Assembly: GCA_964016885.1 (NCBI GenBank)
Contig: OZ024741.1
Coordinates: 170,128,001 to 170,192,000 of the forward strand
Source of the DNA: Eledone cirrhosa
Taxonomy: Eukaryota
DNA: 64,000 nucleotides
Direction of reading: 5' to 3'
Of the stretch, positions 28,330 to 40,890 are shown in pieces. A model generated the notes under the pieces. The model did not search any database. It had not been told where the DNA came from and was given only the letters and a program-made list of their open reading frames with translations. The translations under genes were made by a program, and so were the position numbers. Every line of letters starts with the position of its first letter. Position 1 is the stretch's first letter.

Positions 28330-28965
28330 TTCATAAGTCCTAGTACAAGTTCAAGAACTTTGGGGATATGAAGAGTCGATTATATTGACAGTACTGAGTA
28401 AGCAATTGATTTTATAAACTCTGGAACTATGAAAGGCAAAAACAGTCTTTGCCAAATCTGAACAAAAACGTCAAGAGCTAAAACTAAATGCCTCATTATT
28501 TTATTTTACAACCCTTCAACCAATTCAACCAATTCCTAGCCCTGACTAATAATTATCGTTTATAACATTGGCCATAAGTTTGTGGGAGGGGTTAATCTAT
28601 AAACTCGACCCTCCTACATGACAAGTATATAATTTTATCTACAGCGAAAGGTTGCAAGACAAAGTTGAAGTCAGAACATAAAGAGTTGAAATATCACAAA
28701 GCATATTGTCCAGCCTTCTATCAATGCTGTCAGCTCAACATTTAAATTAACTGCTTCAAGTACTAGATCAGCAACTTTGTGAGCGAGGTTAGTCGTTTAA
28801 ATCGTCAGCAGTACTTAACTAGTAATATAATCTATTCATTCTGGAGGAATGAATAGAAAAATTTACCCCGGCAGGATCTAAAGTCAGAGAGCAAGAAGCC
28901 GAAATATATACCACAAGGCATTTCATTTAGCACTCAACTAATTCTGACATTTTCGCCGCCTTCTT
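28330..28965 (-). mobile_element. Three degenerate tandem SINE copies
   Basis: Decayed versions of the tttatcgaccc..gatgaaaggcaaagt..gaactcaga motif seen at 62350-62857. Confidence 0.55.
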
Positions 28966-29561
28966 AATTAATAGTTATATAAATGGTTAACGTTCAGTGG
29001 TCACACATTTGTTCACGATAACAACGTATCTTTATAGTTTAGTTAAAATGATAGACAGCTAAAAGCGCTAGTAGTCTGAAAAGGGAATTAGAATAACACA
29101 AAATCTATTGGATAACGATGGGGAAAATTCAATTCATAGTTTACAATATGCCTAAAGGGAAAAGAAGTTGCATTAACGACAAGGCTAATAGATGATACGA
29201 TACGCAACACAAACATAATCTATGTTCCATTAGAAGTTGGGAAAGCCCTTTCCGAATATAAGTAGATGCTTTGACAAGAGCTTTTCACTCATTCTGCTTC
29301 ATTTGATAATGCAATCTTGTGACCATATAGCGTATATATATAATACATATATATAATATATACATACATACATACGCACATACAAACATACATTCAAACA
29401 TACATACAAACATACATACATACATACATAGTCACATGCATACATACATACTCGTTTAGTAGCTTAGTGTCTTTTCACATATTTTGACAACAAAGTTTAC
29501 AACAAGTTTACAGCGATCGTTTTCATTTGTTGAGTCAGCTTAGATTCTATCATCATTTATC

Positions 29562-29706
29562 TGAAAAGAAATTATGATTAGAACAAGTTAGTTATTAAAG
29601 CCGTTTCCTAAAAAAATATGCAATATGTATATATATATATACATATTGCATATTTTTTTAGGAAACGGCTTTAATAACTAACTTGTTCTAATCATAATTT
29701 CTTTTC

Positions 29707-29707
<1 letters not shown>
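29562..29707. repeat. Perfect 146-bp palindrome centred on (TA)7
   Basis: Arms checked base by base. Confidence 0.95.
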
Positions 29708-29737
<30 letters not shown>

Positions 29738-29812
29738 GTGTACCCCGGCATTCGCGGTCACCACATTCGCGGTAAAGGTTATTCGTGGAAATTTCCTTAG
29801 AATCTAACTAAT

Positions 29813-30003
29813 AATTGTTTCTACTTTTGGCACAATGCCAGCAATTATATCAGTGCATTACTGGTACTTTATTTTATCGACCATGTAAGGATGAAATACT
29901 AAGTTAGCCTCGGCGGGATTTGAACTCAGAACATAAAGCGGCGTAACTCTATGCTGCAAAGCATGGCGTCCGACCTTCTACCGATACTGCCAATCCCCCG
30001 CCT
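29813..30003 (-). mobile_element. tRNA-derived SINE with Meta-like central domain
   Basis: A box TGGCAGTATCGG and B box GTTCAAATCC on minus; TSD ctaactaataatt. Confidence 0.85.
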
Positions 30004-30124
30004 AATCCCCCTAACTAATAATTGTTCGTGGAAACCATGGCATATTCGCGGAACCGTAAATATCTTCCGCGATTGTTTAATGATATTTTCGTGGCAATAT
30101 ATATTTTTTAACACTAAATTATTA

Positions 30125-30308
30125 ATTGTTTCTACTTTTGGGCACAAGGCCAGCAATTACTCAGTGCATTACTGGTATTTTATTTTATCGACCCCGTACA
30201 GGATGAAAGGCAAAGTTAATCTCGGCGGGATTTGAACTCAGAATGGCAAGGGCCGTAACTCTATGCGTCAAAGCATGGCGTCCGACCCTCGACCAATACT
30301 GCCAATCC
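30125..30308 (-). mobile_element. tRNA-derived SINE (same family)
   Basis: A/B boxes; TSD aacactaaattattaat. Confidence 0.85.
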
Positions 30309-30766
30309 AACACTAAATTATTAATAACAATATACCGTATTTTCCGTCCTATTGGATGCCGCTTCGCATAATATGCTCCCTCTTTTTTAATTATATTTTA
30401 CGTTATATTTTGACGTTTATAGGCATTATTATCGACCGCGTCCAATATTCGCGATTTTTAACTCTTCCTAGAGCACTCGTGAAGATGAAAAACCGCGTTC
30501 GATATTAGACGCGTTCGATAAAAATGCCTATAAACGCCAAAATATAACGTACAATATAATAAAAAAAAGGACGCATCTTATGCGAAGGGGCGTCCAATAC
30601 ACCGGTAAATACGGTATATTGTTATTAATAATTTAGCATTAAAAAAATATATATTGCCACGAACATATACCAGGTGACAACTGTATATATATATATATTT
30701 ACACGGACGAGAACAGTATATATTCTCGCCTGTCTTCTAGTCCAGCAGTCGCAAGCGGTGGGAGGG

Positions 30767-30810
30767 ACCGTCCTGACAAAGGCCAGTTAAGCCTGAAATG
30801 CATAGACGGT
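30767..30810 (+). ncRNA. Minimal hammerhead motif with uncompensated G8A (probably inactive)
   Basis: accgtc-CTGACAA-aggc cagttaa gcct-GAAA-tgca-TA-gacggt. Confidence 0.7.
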
Positions 30811-31046
30811 TGTCCCCCTTGCTTCTGCTGGACATCACCAGAGGGCGTTAGCCCCCCCCCCCCCCCCGTGCTTGCATAGCTACGGCTTCCTAAAACCGTA
30901 TTTCTTTGGATATACGAAATATATATACATATTGTATAAAGCTATGCTTGAAGCGAAATCCTTTTTCTCTTTTATATATATATATATATATATATGAAAA
31001 CAGGGAGAAAGAGACGATTATGAGGAAGAAAATTATATATATATAT

Positions 31047-34000
31047 ATAGTATTAGTTATACTATTTATGGTTATGTAAATACAAAACCTAATGCAGTTA
31101 TAAGTATTTTACACACACCCTAAATAGTGGTAGGCAGTAATGTATTACTACCTTATTACCAGTAAGTTAAGTAGCTCAATGTAAAAACATCAGATGATTT
31201 ACAGAGCAGTTATATGAAATATAAGAATCAAAGAACTGTTCAAAACATTATTGTACTTACAGCTGTTTCCTCCAAACCGAGGTTTGGATTCTTCGGAGCA
31301 ATTTATTAATGCATGGACAGTTATATGACCTCCTTTTCAGCCGAGAGACATACCGATACATATTCAAACATTGATACATATTCAAACATTGTGGGTCAAC
31401 ATTCATTACAGAATTTAGAATGGCAGTACACACTTCGAGATTACATTTATATTAAGAGGTACAATCAAAAATCAAAAATACAGGTTAAAATACAACATGA
31501 AGATAAGCGGTTATATAGTGCAAATGTTATATGTGTGGCACGCATGTGCGTCTTGTTTATATAGTGTGGCAGAGAGATATGTGTGGTAGAGGCACTTAGG
31601 TAGGTAAACAAGAGTGTTAGGTTGGTAGATCTGGTGGCAAATTCTTTATATGATTGATATAGTCCGTGTGTGGAGAAATGTTATAAGCATTAAAAATTAA
31701 AAATAGTGCAAGCATTAAAAATGTTAAAAGTATTGGAGATGCACAGCGAAGGGATGTCAAGTATTTCATGTACTACTTCGGCATTTTCATGGTCAGGGGA
31801 GTGTATTTTTCGATTATATGCCCCTCACATAATCCACCGACAATCCGATATTGAGCGTTTGACAATCCAGTTAGAGATCGTAGTCTGGTGTTCTTTAGTT
31901 CAATACAGGAGGCTGTTACGTTTCAAGAAACGCCATTGAATACCACCCGGAAGTGTGTGTGTGTGGCTAAGGGGAGTTAATGCATGCGGGGAGGTAACTC
32001 CGGGGTTTCTATACCTAGCTATTAAAATGTGTCACAATATAGACCCTAATTTCTATGGTGATGCGCATCCTCCAAGAAAATTTTTAAAGCATAAAGTGTA
32101 TTAACTATAGAGTAGTTTAATTAAGTTATGCTGAAGGTGATCATATTATTATGGTGGATTAACCCATCGTAAGGTGCCACAAATGGAAATTATAGATGAT
32201 GAGCGAGGATTCTAAATTAATGATCTCTGTGGTTGTAGTCTACTCATAGGACCAGGCGCGGTGATTGCAGGATTGCTTCAGGACCCAATGATCTCTGGTA
32301 AGTTCTGGGTCAACGCTTGCTACATAGGATGTCGAAAGATAATCATCCCCAGGCCGGCCAGAGGTCAATCCGCAGTCCTCGCGACCCCTCTCTGACCGTC
32401 AGATCATCCATATATGTACAACCCGCACGGCAGTTGCAATGCATTCACTCTCTGCGCTCAGCAGCCTGGTCCTACTGCTCAACAGCGTTACTAGATTAAA
32501 TCATTTTTCATCTGTCTAAGGAAGGTGTTTCCTCTGCACAACACTATCCAACCGATCAATTCATGCTCAAATTACCCTTAGAGCGGTGTAGTGCCGTTCA
32601 AGTGGGTGGATGTTGTCACACCTGACGCAGAGGTATAAATGGGTATTCTCCCTGCGAAGGGTTCCAGAGGGATGTCGTTGTTTGTGTTATAATAGATCAG
32701 TTAGTGTTGGGTATGTAGTATAAGGTGTGTCTCTGGTGTTTGATGCTAGATGTGGTGTTAGGTTCCAGTCCGACATTGCTATATATTGGGCTTAAAGTTT
32801 TGGAAGGAATGTCTGAAGCGGTGCTGGCAAGTTGCAAACACCTCAGATTTTTTGTTAAGTAGGTTACGGTTGGAGAAGATAATATTGTGTGTCTCTAGTA
32901 TACAGAGGTTACAAAATTTATTAGGTGGTTTGTACGAGGTCGCGCTGCCTATCACTTCCCATTTGAGTGTGTATGGTTTATTTTTAGTTTTTAGATAGTG
33001 TATGTAGCTAGAAAGTGAGGTGGAGTTTGCTAGGCTGTGCTTTTTGAACGAGTGGATGTGCGAATTATATCTGATTTTGAAGCAGTTAGAAGTGGAGCCT
33101 ACATAGGTTTCTGAAGAGTTGTTAGTCGTGACGGTGCATGAGTATATGATATCCTTGGTTAGGCATTTTTTATCTAAAGGGCAGGTTCTATTAGCTCTAC
33201 AGTTACAATTATCCTGTGCGTTAGTCCGCTGGTTATAATGCCGTGCGGAAGTCTGTGTGGTAGCTATAGGATTTTGGGCGTTCGGGTTGACAACCCTGGT
33301 GTTATTACTTATACTAGTGTTATTTCTATTGTTACTGCCGTTGCTATGGTTGCTTGCTACAGTGGTATTTAGAGGGTTTGCATCCCGTTGTGATTTTGTT
33401 TGTTGGAAGTAAGAACTAATTTTACTATTATTGCTGCTAGCTATGTGGTATGCTAAGTTAGGCGTCGTAGAGTATGAGATTTTAATGGTGTTTTTCTTTA
33501 AGAGGTTGTGGTACTTGTGTCCTAGAGGGAAGTTTTTTATCTAGTAGTGAGAAGAAAGCCCTAGGTATGTTGGTGGAGACATTTAGGTTGAAAGGAGGGT
33601 TGAAAAATGTATTATTTCTTCTTCTATTTTTGCTTTTAGTGTTTGGTGTGTTGCTTCTTCCTAAGGCCCCACAGTAGTTACCATGGTAATGGTTACTTCC
33701 GGTGGCACCCTCCGCTTTGGTGTACTTGTGGTTGCTATTCCTATTATTAGGTTTCCTCATGGACATGTTGTGCGAGATGATGTTGTAGCTATGTGTTTTC
33801 TTAGGTAGGAACTCAATTTCTATATTATGGCCGGAGCTAGCTAATGCTTGATTGTAATATTGTGAGTTTTTGCTAAATATGTTTGCGTCATAGGACAGAC
33901 TAGAGATTCTATTGGACACCCCCTTAGAGATAGAGTTTAATATTGATCTAGGGTGATTAGACTTGGTATCTACGTAAATAAGTTTCTCGTTAGGCTTATG

Positions 34001-35786
34001 GAAAGGTGTATATATTTTTGAGTCTAGGTATAGTGAGGCGTCTAGGAAGTTAACATTTTTAGTGTTTTTGTCCATGGTGATACTAAGGTTAAAGTTTTTG
34101 AATGTCTTATGCAACTGTTTTCTAGTTCTTTCTATATTAAATTTTTTATATTCTATAAGTAGAAGTGCATCATCGCGGTACAAACCACCGTTGAGGTAAG
34201 GGAGGTCCTTATGGATTTCATTGAGAAGGTATAGGCCGACCAAATCAGTGACCTGCGCCGAGTCACTAGATCCCATGGTTATGTCGAAGTTGTTGTGCGT
34301 ATCCTTGCGTGTCCATAGTTGGTCCTCGAAGGTGATTATGGTTTTACGGGCCGCAAGGATGACATCAACCTGGGCTCTAGTCAGGTCGCTATTGCTCATG
34401 GCCATGATAAGTGCCTTATTTAATAGGATAGGGGAAATAGAGGTGTAGTATGAATTGATATCAAATTGAATACATTTTTTGTTCTTATTATTCTTGATAT
34501 CCTTGAACCATTCAATCACTTCACCCGTATTTCCCCATTGTTTAAGGTGTATCTTGTGTTTAATTTGTGGGATGATTTTATCCAAAATCTTCTTGCTGAT
34601 AATACCAATGTCGGACTTGGAAGGGCAGATAAGTCTTATCGTGGGGTTGCTGATGAAATTCTCCTTATGGTCCTTCAGAGAGAATCTAGGGGGGTTCGGG
34701 GTGAAAGGTTGTGTATGCCTCTGCAGTCCTAGTTTAGACACTATATTATAACCCTCTACATTAATATCTTCTAAGTTTTTCAAGGTGATTTTTTTGTAGC
34801 TTTTATGTAGTTCATTATATATAAACTTTCTATAAGTATTATAATCTAGGCTGTATATGTTATTAGTTTTATCTGCGTGTACAATAATTTTATTACTAGT
34901 TTTGAATCCATTAATAGAGGTGTTAAGTTTGTTTAAGAAGGTGTTGCTTCTAATATGGTGCTTATTGTATTTAATGTTCTTAACTAGTTTAACTAGGTCA
35001 TTTTCAAAGGAGTTAAGTAGTGTGTTATGAGGGGGGCTTTTAAAGGTTTTAAAGCCGAAGGACTCAAAATTGTTAGTATTATTCAAGTTGTTAGATCTGT
35101 TTCTATCATAATGGAATGTCCTCCATCTCACTCTATTGATAAATGAATTTACACTGTTGATCAGCAATTTCTCATATGTATTCCTGGATGGTATTGGCAT
35201 GTTCTTGGTTGACATGGGGAGTTGGTCTTTGATTAGCATATTGGCAATATTATATGTCAGCTCAACGATATGGAGCAGTTAATAGTATTAGTTATACTAT
35301 TTATGGTTATGTAAATACAAAACCTTATGCAGTTATAAGTATTTTACACACACCCTAAATAGTGGCAGGCAGTAATGTATTACTACCTTATTACCAGTAA
35401 GTTAAGTAGCTCAATGTAAAAACATCAGATGATTTACAGAGCAGTTATATGAAATATAAGAATCAAAGAACTGTTCAAAACATTATTGTGCTTACAGCTG
35501 TTTCCTCCAAACCGAGGTTTGGATTCTTCGGAGCAATTTATTAATGCATGGACAGTTATATGACCTCCTTTTCAGCCGAGAGACATACCGAAAAGGAGGT
35601 CATATAACTGGAGACATACTGAAAACTGGAGACATACTGAAAACTGGAGACTACTGAAAAGGAGGTCATATAACTGTCCATGCATTAATAAATTGCTCCG
35701 AAGAATCCAAACCTCGGTTTGGAGGAAACAGCTGTAAGCACAATAATGTTTTGAACAGTTCTTTGATTCTTATATTTCATATTTCA
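31047..35786 (-). mobile_element. Full-length Naiad-like PLE copy 1: direct pLTRs (35282-35590 / 31047-31355) plus inverted arm 35655-35786
   Basis: Highly similar to 46001-50614; three HHR copies; (TA)8 flanks. Confidence 0.93.
32779..35239 (-). pseudogene. Naiad-like RT/GIY-YIG ORF with a single +1 frameshift at about 33533-33538
   Basis: 2461 bp versus 2460 bp for the intact copy; A6 versus A5 run in DKNF. Confidence 0.92.
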
Positions 35787-35939
35787 TATATATATATATA
35801 TATTTCTTTTTTCCTTTTTTTTGTCTCTCTCTCTCGTTTTTCTGGGTTAGAAAATGATTAAAACGAAATGTTTTACTTTGTGTGAAGTGTTAAGGTATTA
35901 GTTGATTTATTTATTATTTAACAATGGCATTTATTTATC

Positions 35940-36026
35940 TATCTGGACGACTGCTTCATCCTCTGGCATGAAAGTATAGATAGACTGTTTGAGTTCAAAA
36001 CCCTTCTGAATAAGCTCAACACTAAC
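35940..36026 (+). pseudogene. Isolated PLE RT active-site fragment
   Basis: YLDDCFILWHESIDRLFEFKTLLNKLNTN. Confidence 0.7.
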
Positions 36027-36058
36027 TAAAACATTTCGTTTTAATAATTTTCTAACCC

Positions 36059-36092
<34 letters not shown>

Positions 36093-36220
36093 AAAAAAAG
36101 AAAAAAAAAATGTTTCCTCCTCATAATCGTCTCTTTCTCCCTGTTTTCATATATATATATATATATCCTAACTCGTGTGCCTCCTCTCCACATTTTATTA
36201 TATATATATATATATATAGA

Positions 36221-37448
36221 GATAATTTAATATATCAACTAACATAATCGCACAGATGCACGCCTATGCCAGCAAATACACAGGTTATGTCATAGTACCT
36301 AGGTGGTTCAATGCAGGAGGATGCAGAACAATAATATAAAAGACGTAAAATAAGAAAATCTTTTTTAAAAAATTTTTTACTTACTTAAATTTTCACTCCA
36401 ACTAATTAGTTTCTGCAATGGGATAAAGACAGTTACGTAATCTAACTGTCGAGAATTCATTGCGTCATCAGGGAGTCTATTCTCAGCTAAGTCTCCAGGC
36501 AATGCGCGGACACTGGCGGCTCATATAAAAATAATAATAATTCGGTAGATGGAACAGCTGGCGAGGACTGAATTCCATGCACTGAAATCCTCACTGCTTC
36601 TAGTCAAATGGCCGATTCTAAAGAATCAATCACGTGACACAGAGGCTAGTCAGAAGGAATGGGATGGTAAGTGGACTGACGCCTACTAGCACCCCCCAAA
36701 AAAAAATTTTTTTAGAAGTGGTTTTGGCAGGTTTGCTCGACAAATCAGTGATTTGGAGATAAATATAGATAATTTAATATATCAACTAACATAAGCGCAC
36801 AGATGCACGCCTATGCCAGCAAATACACAGGTTATGTCATAGTACCTAGGTGGTTCAATGCAGGAGGATGCAGAACAATAATATAAAAGACGTAAAATAA
36901 GAAAATCTTTTTTAAAAAATTTTTTTTAAAAATTTTTTACTTACTTACTTAAATTTTCACTCCATAGGCGTGCATCTGTGCGCTTATGTTAGTTGATATA
37001 TTAAATTATCTATATTTATCTCCAAATCACTGATTTGTCGAGCAAACCTGCCAAAACCACTTCTAAAAATTTTTTTTGGGGGGGGGGTGTTAGTAGGCGT
37101 CAGTCATCTTACCATCCCATTCCTTCTGACTAGCCTCTGTGTCACGTGATTGATTCTTTAGAATCGGCCATTTGACTAGAAGCAGTGAGGATTTCAGTGC
37201 ATGGAATTCAGTCCTCGCCAGCTGTTCCATCTACCGAATTATTATTATTTTTATATGAGCCGCCAGTGTCCGTGCATTGCCTGGAGACTTAGCTGAGAAT
37301 AGACTCCCTGATGACGCAATGAATTCTCGACAGTTAGATTACGTAACTGTCTTTATACCATTGCAGAAACTAATTAGTTGGAGTGAAAATTTAAGTAAGT
37401 AAAAAATTAAAAAAAAAATTTTTTTAAAAAAGATTTTCTTATTTTACG

Positions 37449-37454
<6 letters not shown>
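36221..37454. mobile_element. Family C retrozyme-like element: 1.35 tandem ~550-bp units (minus) plus inverted arm 36965-37454
   Basis: 36221 repeats at 36768; no ORF; HHR in each complete unit; (TA)n flanks. Confidence 0.85.
37303..37384 (+). ncRNA. Type I hammerhead ribozyme, family C (also 36395-36476 minus, 44164-44242 plus, 57341-57420 minus)
   Basis: actcc-CTGATGA-c-gcaatg..cattgc-a-GAAA-ctaattag-TT-ggagt; stem II covaries between copies. Confidence 0.88.
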
Positions 37455-37513
<59 letters not shown>

Positions 37514-37967
37514 ATTTTTTAAATATATATACGCACGTTTTTACACATATATAGTAAACACTTCATCCATTTATCTATTATATTTCGATAGCTTATCTTC
37601 TTAAGGAAGACTTTCCTCTCTGAGCTGAATAAATATTTAATGACAATATTTTATGTTTTTCTTTAATTCCCCAATATGTTCGTCATATACGTTTTGATAA
37701 GTTTAGGCTCACGTATTGCAAATTTCATTTGCTTAGAAAATCTGGTGCTTTATACTGTCCGTACGCATACACAGGCATGTGTGCACACGCGCACACACAC
37801 GCATATGTATAAGCGTATGACTCTCTCCATATATCCTTTATCCAATTATAAATTAATGAGTTCATATATTAGCAGCTGAAATATTAAATAAACACACAGA
37901 CACAGATACACACACAATATATGTATGTGTGTGTGTGTGTCGGCATGTGTATGCATATATATACATA

Positions 37968-38713
37968 TATAACGGCGGCGAAGATTCGAAACCGAATCTG
38001 AGCTTTCCCGCCTCTGGGACAAGCAGTGGTAAGTTGTTTACGCTCAAGAGACTAACCCCTTGGGAGAGGCTAAACACAGGTCAGAGGTGTTTACGCCTGA
38101 CAGAAAATAGGTCAGAGGATATATCCATCCTTCTGACTTGTTTACGCTTGGCAAACTAATCCCTTGGGAGACTAACCAAAGTTCAGAGGATATATCTATC
38201 CTTCTAACTTCAACTCTTATAAATACAGGGGTTGTTTACGCCCCGACAGAAAAGAAGTGATATACAGACAAGACAAGTCGTATTTACAAGCTCTAGTCAC
38301 GAAAAACCAGTCTGCCACTTATTCTCACCTTCCTGGCTGATTGCTGACTCCCACTGCAATACAAACAAGCAAATATACTGATACGCACACACGCATTCAT
38401 AGTGAGTTTACACTGTTAGTATTTTTACACGCACCATCTCTGTTTATCCATATTGTATCTTTCGGATACAGTACAAATTATATTATAATCGTATTCTGTG
38501 ATACTTGAATTTACGCGGCTCGAAGAGCCACCAAATTATTGAATGAATATTTTGTGTTATTGATTTTATCATTCAATATTCAAATTGAATATTGTTATAA
38601 TAAAATAACCTTGTAACAACACAATCCTGGTATTATTCTTTACATCGAAACCATCATACCAACACTTCATTCTCTCCACTCATCGTTACAACCACACATA
38701 ATATTCCGTTACA
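37968..38713 (+). mobile_element. Solo LTR (4-bp TSD, Gypsy-like)
   Basis: Termini T(a)TAACGG / CCGTTACA, TSD CATA, internal tandem repeats, TATAAATA at about 38218, AATAAA at about 38599. Confidence 0.8.
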
Positions 38714-38955
38714 CATATATGCATACACATGCCGACACATATATATATATATATATATATATATGTTTGTGTGTATATATGTGTATGTGTGTATATATAT
38801 AGATACACACACACACACACATATATATATATATCATGAATATAAATCATATATATATATATATATATATTGATGGTTGGCAAATCAGTGACGAAGGACT
38901 AATTTTATCATATGTAACCCATGTGCAACCACGCAGTATTCTTCTTTCTTCTCAT

Positions 38956-38994
<39 letters not shown>

Positions 38995-39129
38995 GTATCT
39001 CAAGCATCAGTGACAAAGACATATTTGGCATATATGGCTAATTTGAAATCTTAGTCTTGCTGAAGATTTTCTTACTATTATAAAGTCTATTCGATTCTTA
39101 GTTATATTGTCTGGTAATATCCAAATGAA

Positions 39130-40590
39130 CAGGCTTTTCTTTTGATATATCTGATCATCGTATAGTGCGCACAAGATTTCGCATCAACTTTGTTTGGCCA
39201 CAAAGAACTAAAATACCATCGAATGTTAACTTTGACAACCTCTCATGTAACGAAACAGCAAGCTGATTTAAACTCGAGTTGCAAAACCGCTTTTCAGCTT
39301 TGCAATCTGATGAAGACTCCGACAAGATTTATGACACTATCTGCAGAGGCATAAAAGAGGTATCTGAATAGATTTTACCTAAGCAGAGCCTTTCTATCCC
39401 ACAATGGATGTCACAACAAAGAAAGCAGAATCAGAAGAGGATGTGGCCACATATCAGCCCAATATAGAATAGCAAGGGCTGAATCTAAAGATCTTGTTAA
39501 ATTAGACAAACTTAAGCAAATGTACAACAGCATCGAGGAGCCGCATAACGTATCACCCAACAGGTTATATCATGTTGTTCTGAAGAAACTAAAGACTAAA
39601 CCAAGAAATCTTAGCTGGGGCATTAAAGATTCAAACGATACTATCCTTACTTCCAAAGATGATATCCTTGAACGCTGGGGTAAATTCTATGAAGAACTGT
39701 ACTTCAGCCACTCAGAACCAACAACCATTCATGATTCGACATCTGATGCCATTCCATCTATCCTAGCTAGTTGAGATATCTCATGCCATCAAGAATTTGA
39801 AGCAGGAAAAAGCGTTGGACGGGAGAACATATACTCAGAATTCATCAAAACTGGTGGTGAACCAATTATCAAGGCATCTTAAAATCTTTTTAACAGTATT
39901 ATCACTACAGGAAAAAGCCCAAGAAAGCATTAATAGTTGTACTCTACAAAAAAAGTAGCATACTTGATTGTGGGAATTATCGTCCTAACAGCCTATTGAG
40001 TCACGTTTGTTTACAAGCTTTTCATGAGTATCATTGCAGTACGAGTGAAGACTTTAAGCCTGATTTCCTGAAACATGAGCTGCGTATCAACCTTGAAGAG
40101 GCACCATTGAGCAAACCTAGCTTTTGAACAAATCATTGAGAAATCAATAGAATTCAACAACCCTGTGCACATCACCTTCATTGATTTCACAAAGCTTTTG
40201 ACAACGTGAGACTACTCAGCTTGTGGCAACTCTTAAACAAGACCTCAATTAACAAAAAATATATCAACCTACTGAAAGAAACTTCCACCAACTTAACAGC
40301 ATATATCAAAACAGATTTGGGGACTACACGGTTTATAGACATCTTGAAGGGAGTTAAGTAGGGGGATGTACTATCAGTACTTCTTTTCTGTATAGTTATA
40401 GCTGCTCTTATTTACCAAACTGAAGAAGAATGCTCCTCTGGCTATCAAATAGGAGGTAAAATCCTATCAAATCTTAGCTATGCAGACGATCTGGCCATCA
40501 TGAGTTACTCTAGAACTGATCTGTAAGACTTTCTGAATGTACTGGCCAAACATTCGCTGGAGGCTGGCATATACATCAACATCTCCAAGT
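39130..40590 (+). pseudogene. Degraded RTE-clade LINE (EN end to RT)
   Basis: SDHRIV, FKLELQNRFSAL, ILERWGKFYEELY, DCGNYRP.SLLSH, FIDFTK, KGVK*GDVLS, LSYADDL; many stops. Confidence 0.85.
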
Positions 40591-40619
40591 ATATTTCGGT
40601 CACAAACTATCATCAAATA

Positions 40620-40890
40620 ACAATGTCCGTACCAGAGCACGCGGCGGATGGCTATGAGGCGGTAGGCTGCTGGCTGAGGCGTGCGCGCACGCAACTCATT
40701 GTCGAAAACGTGTCGGTACCATCTGATGTTCTCGATGGTTCTCAGGGCTCTGTTTTCGAGGCCGTCGATACTTTTTGCAAGTGTCTTGAAGGGCCATGTT
40801 TCTGGTCTATAGAGGAGAACGGAAAGAACCGACGCATTGTAGATACGGAGCTTCCTCTTCCGAGAGATAGTGTAGTGGGGCCAAAGGGAC
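40620..40890 (-). mobile_element. RTE-clade LINE 3' fragment
   Basis: TLAKSIDGLENRALRTIENIRWYRHV..NELRAR, RRVLWYGH. Confidence 0.7.

Larger units (their letters stand above)
29736..30683. mobile_element. Tigger/pogo-like MITE with internal inverted repeat and two nested SINEs
   Basis: TA-cagtgtaccccgg...ccaggtgacaactg-TA; internal arms at about 30310-30455 / 30500-30640. Confidence 0.7.
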
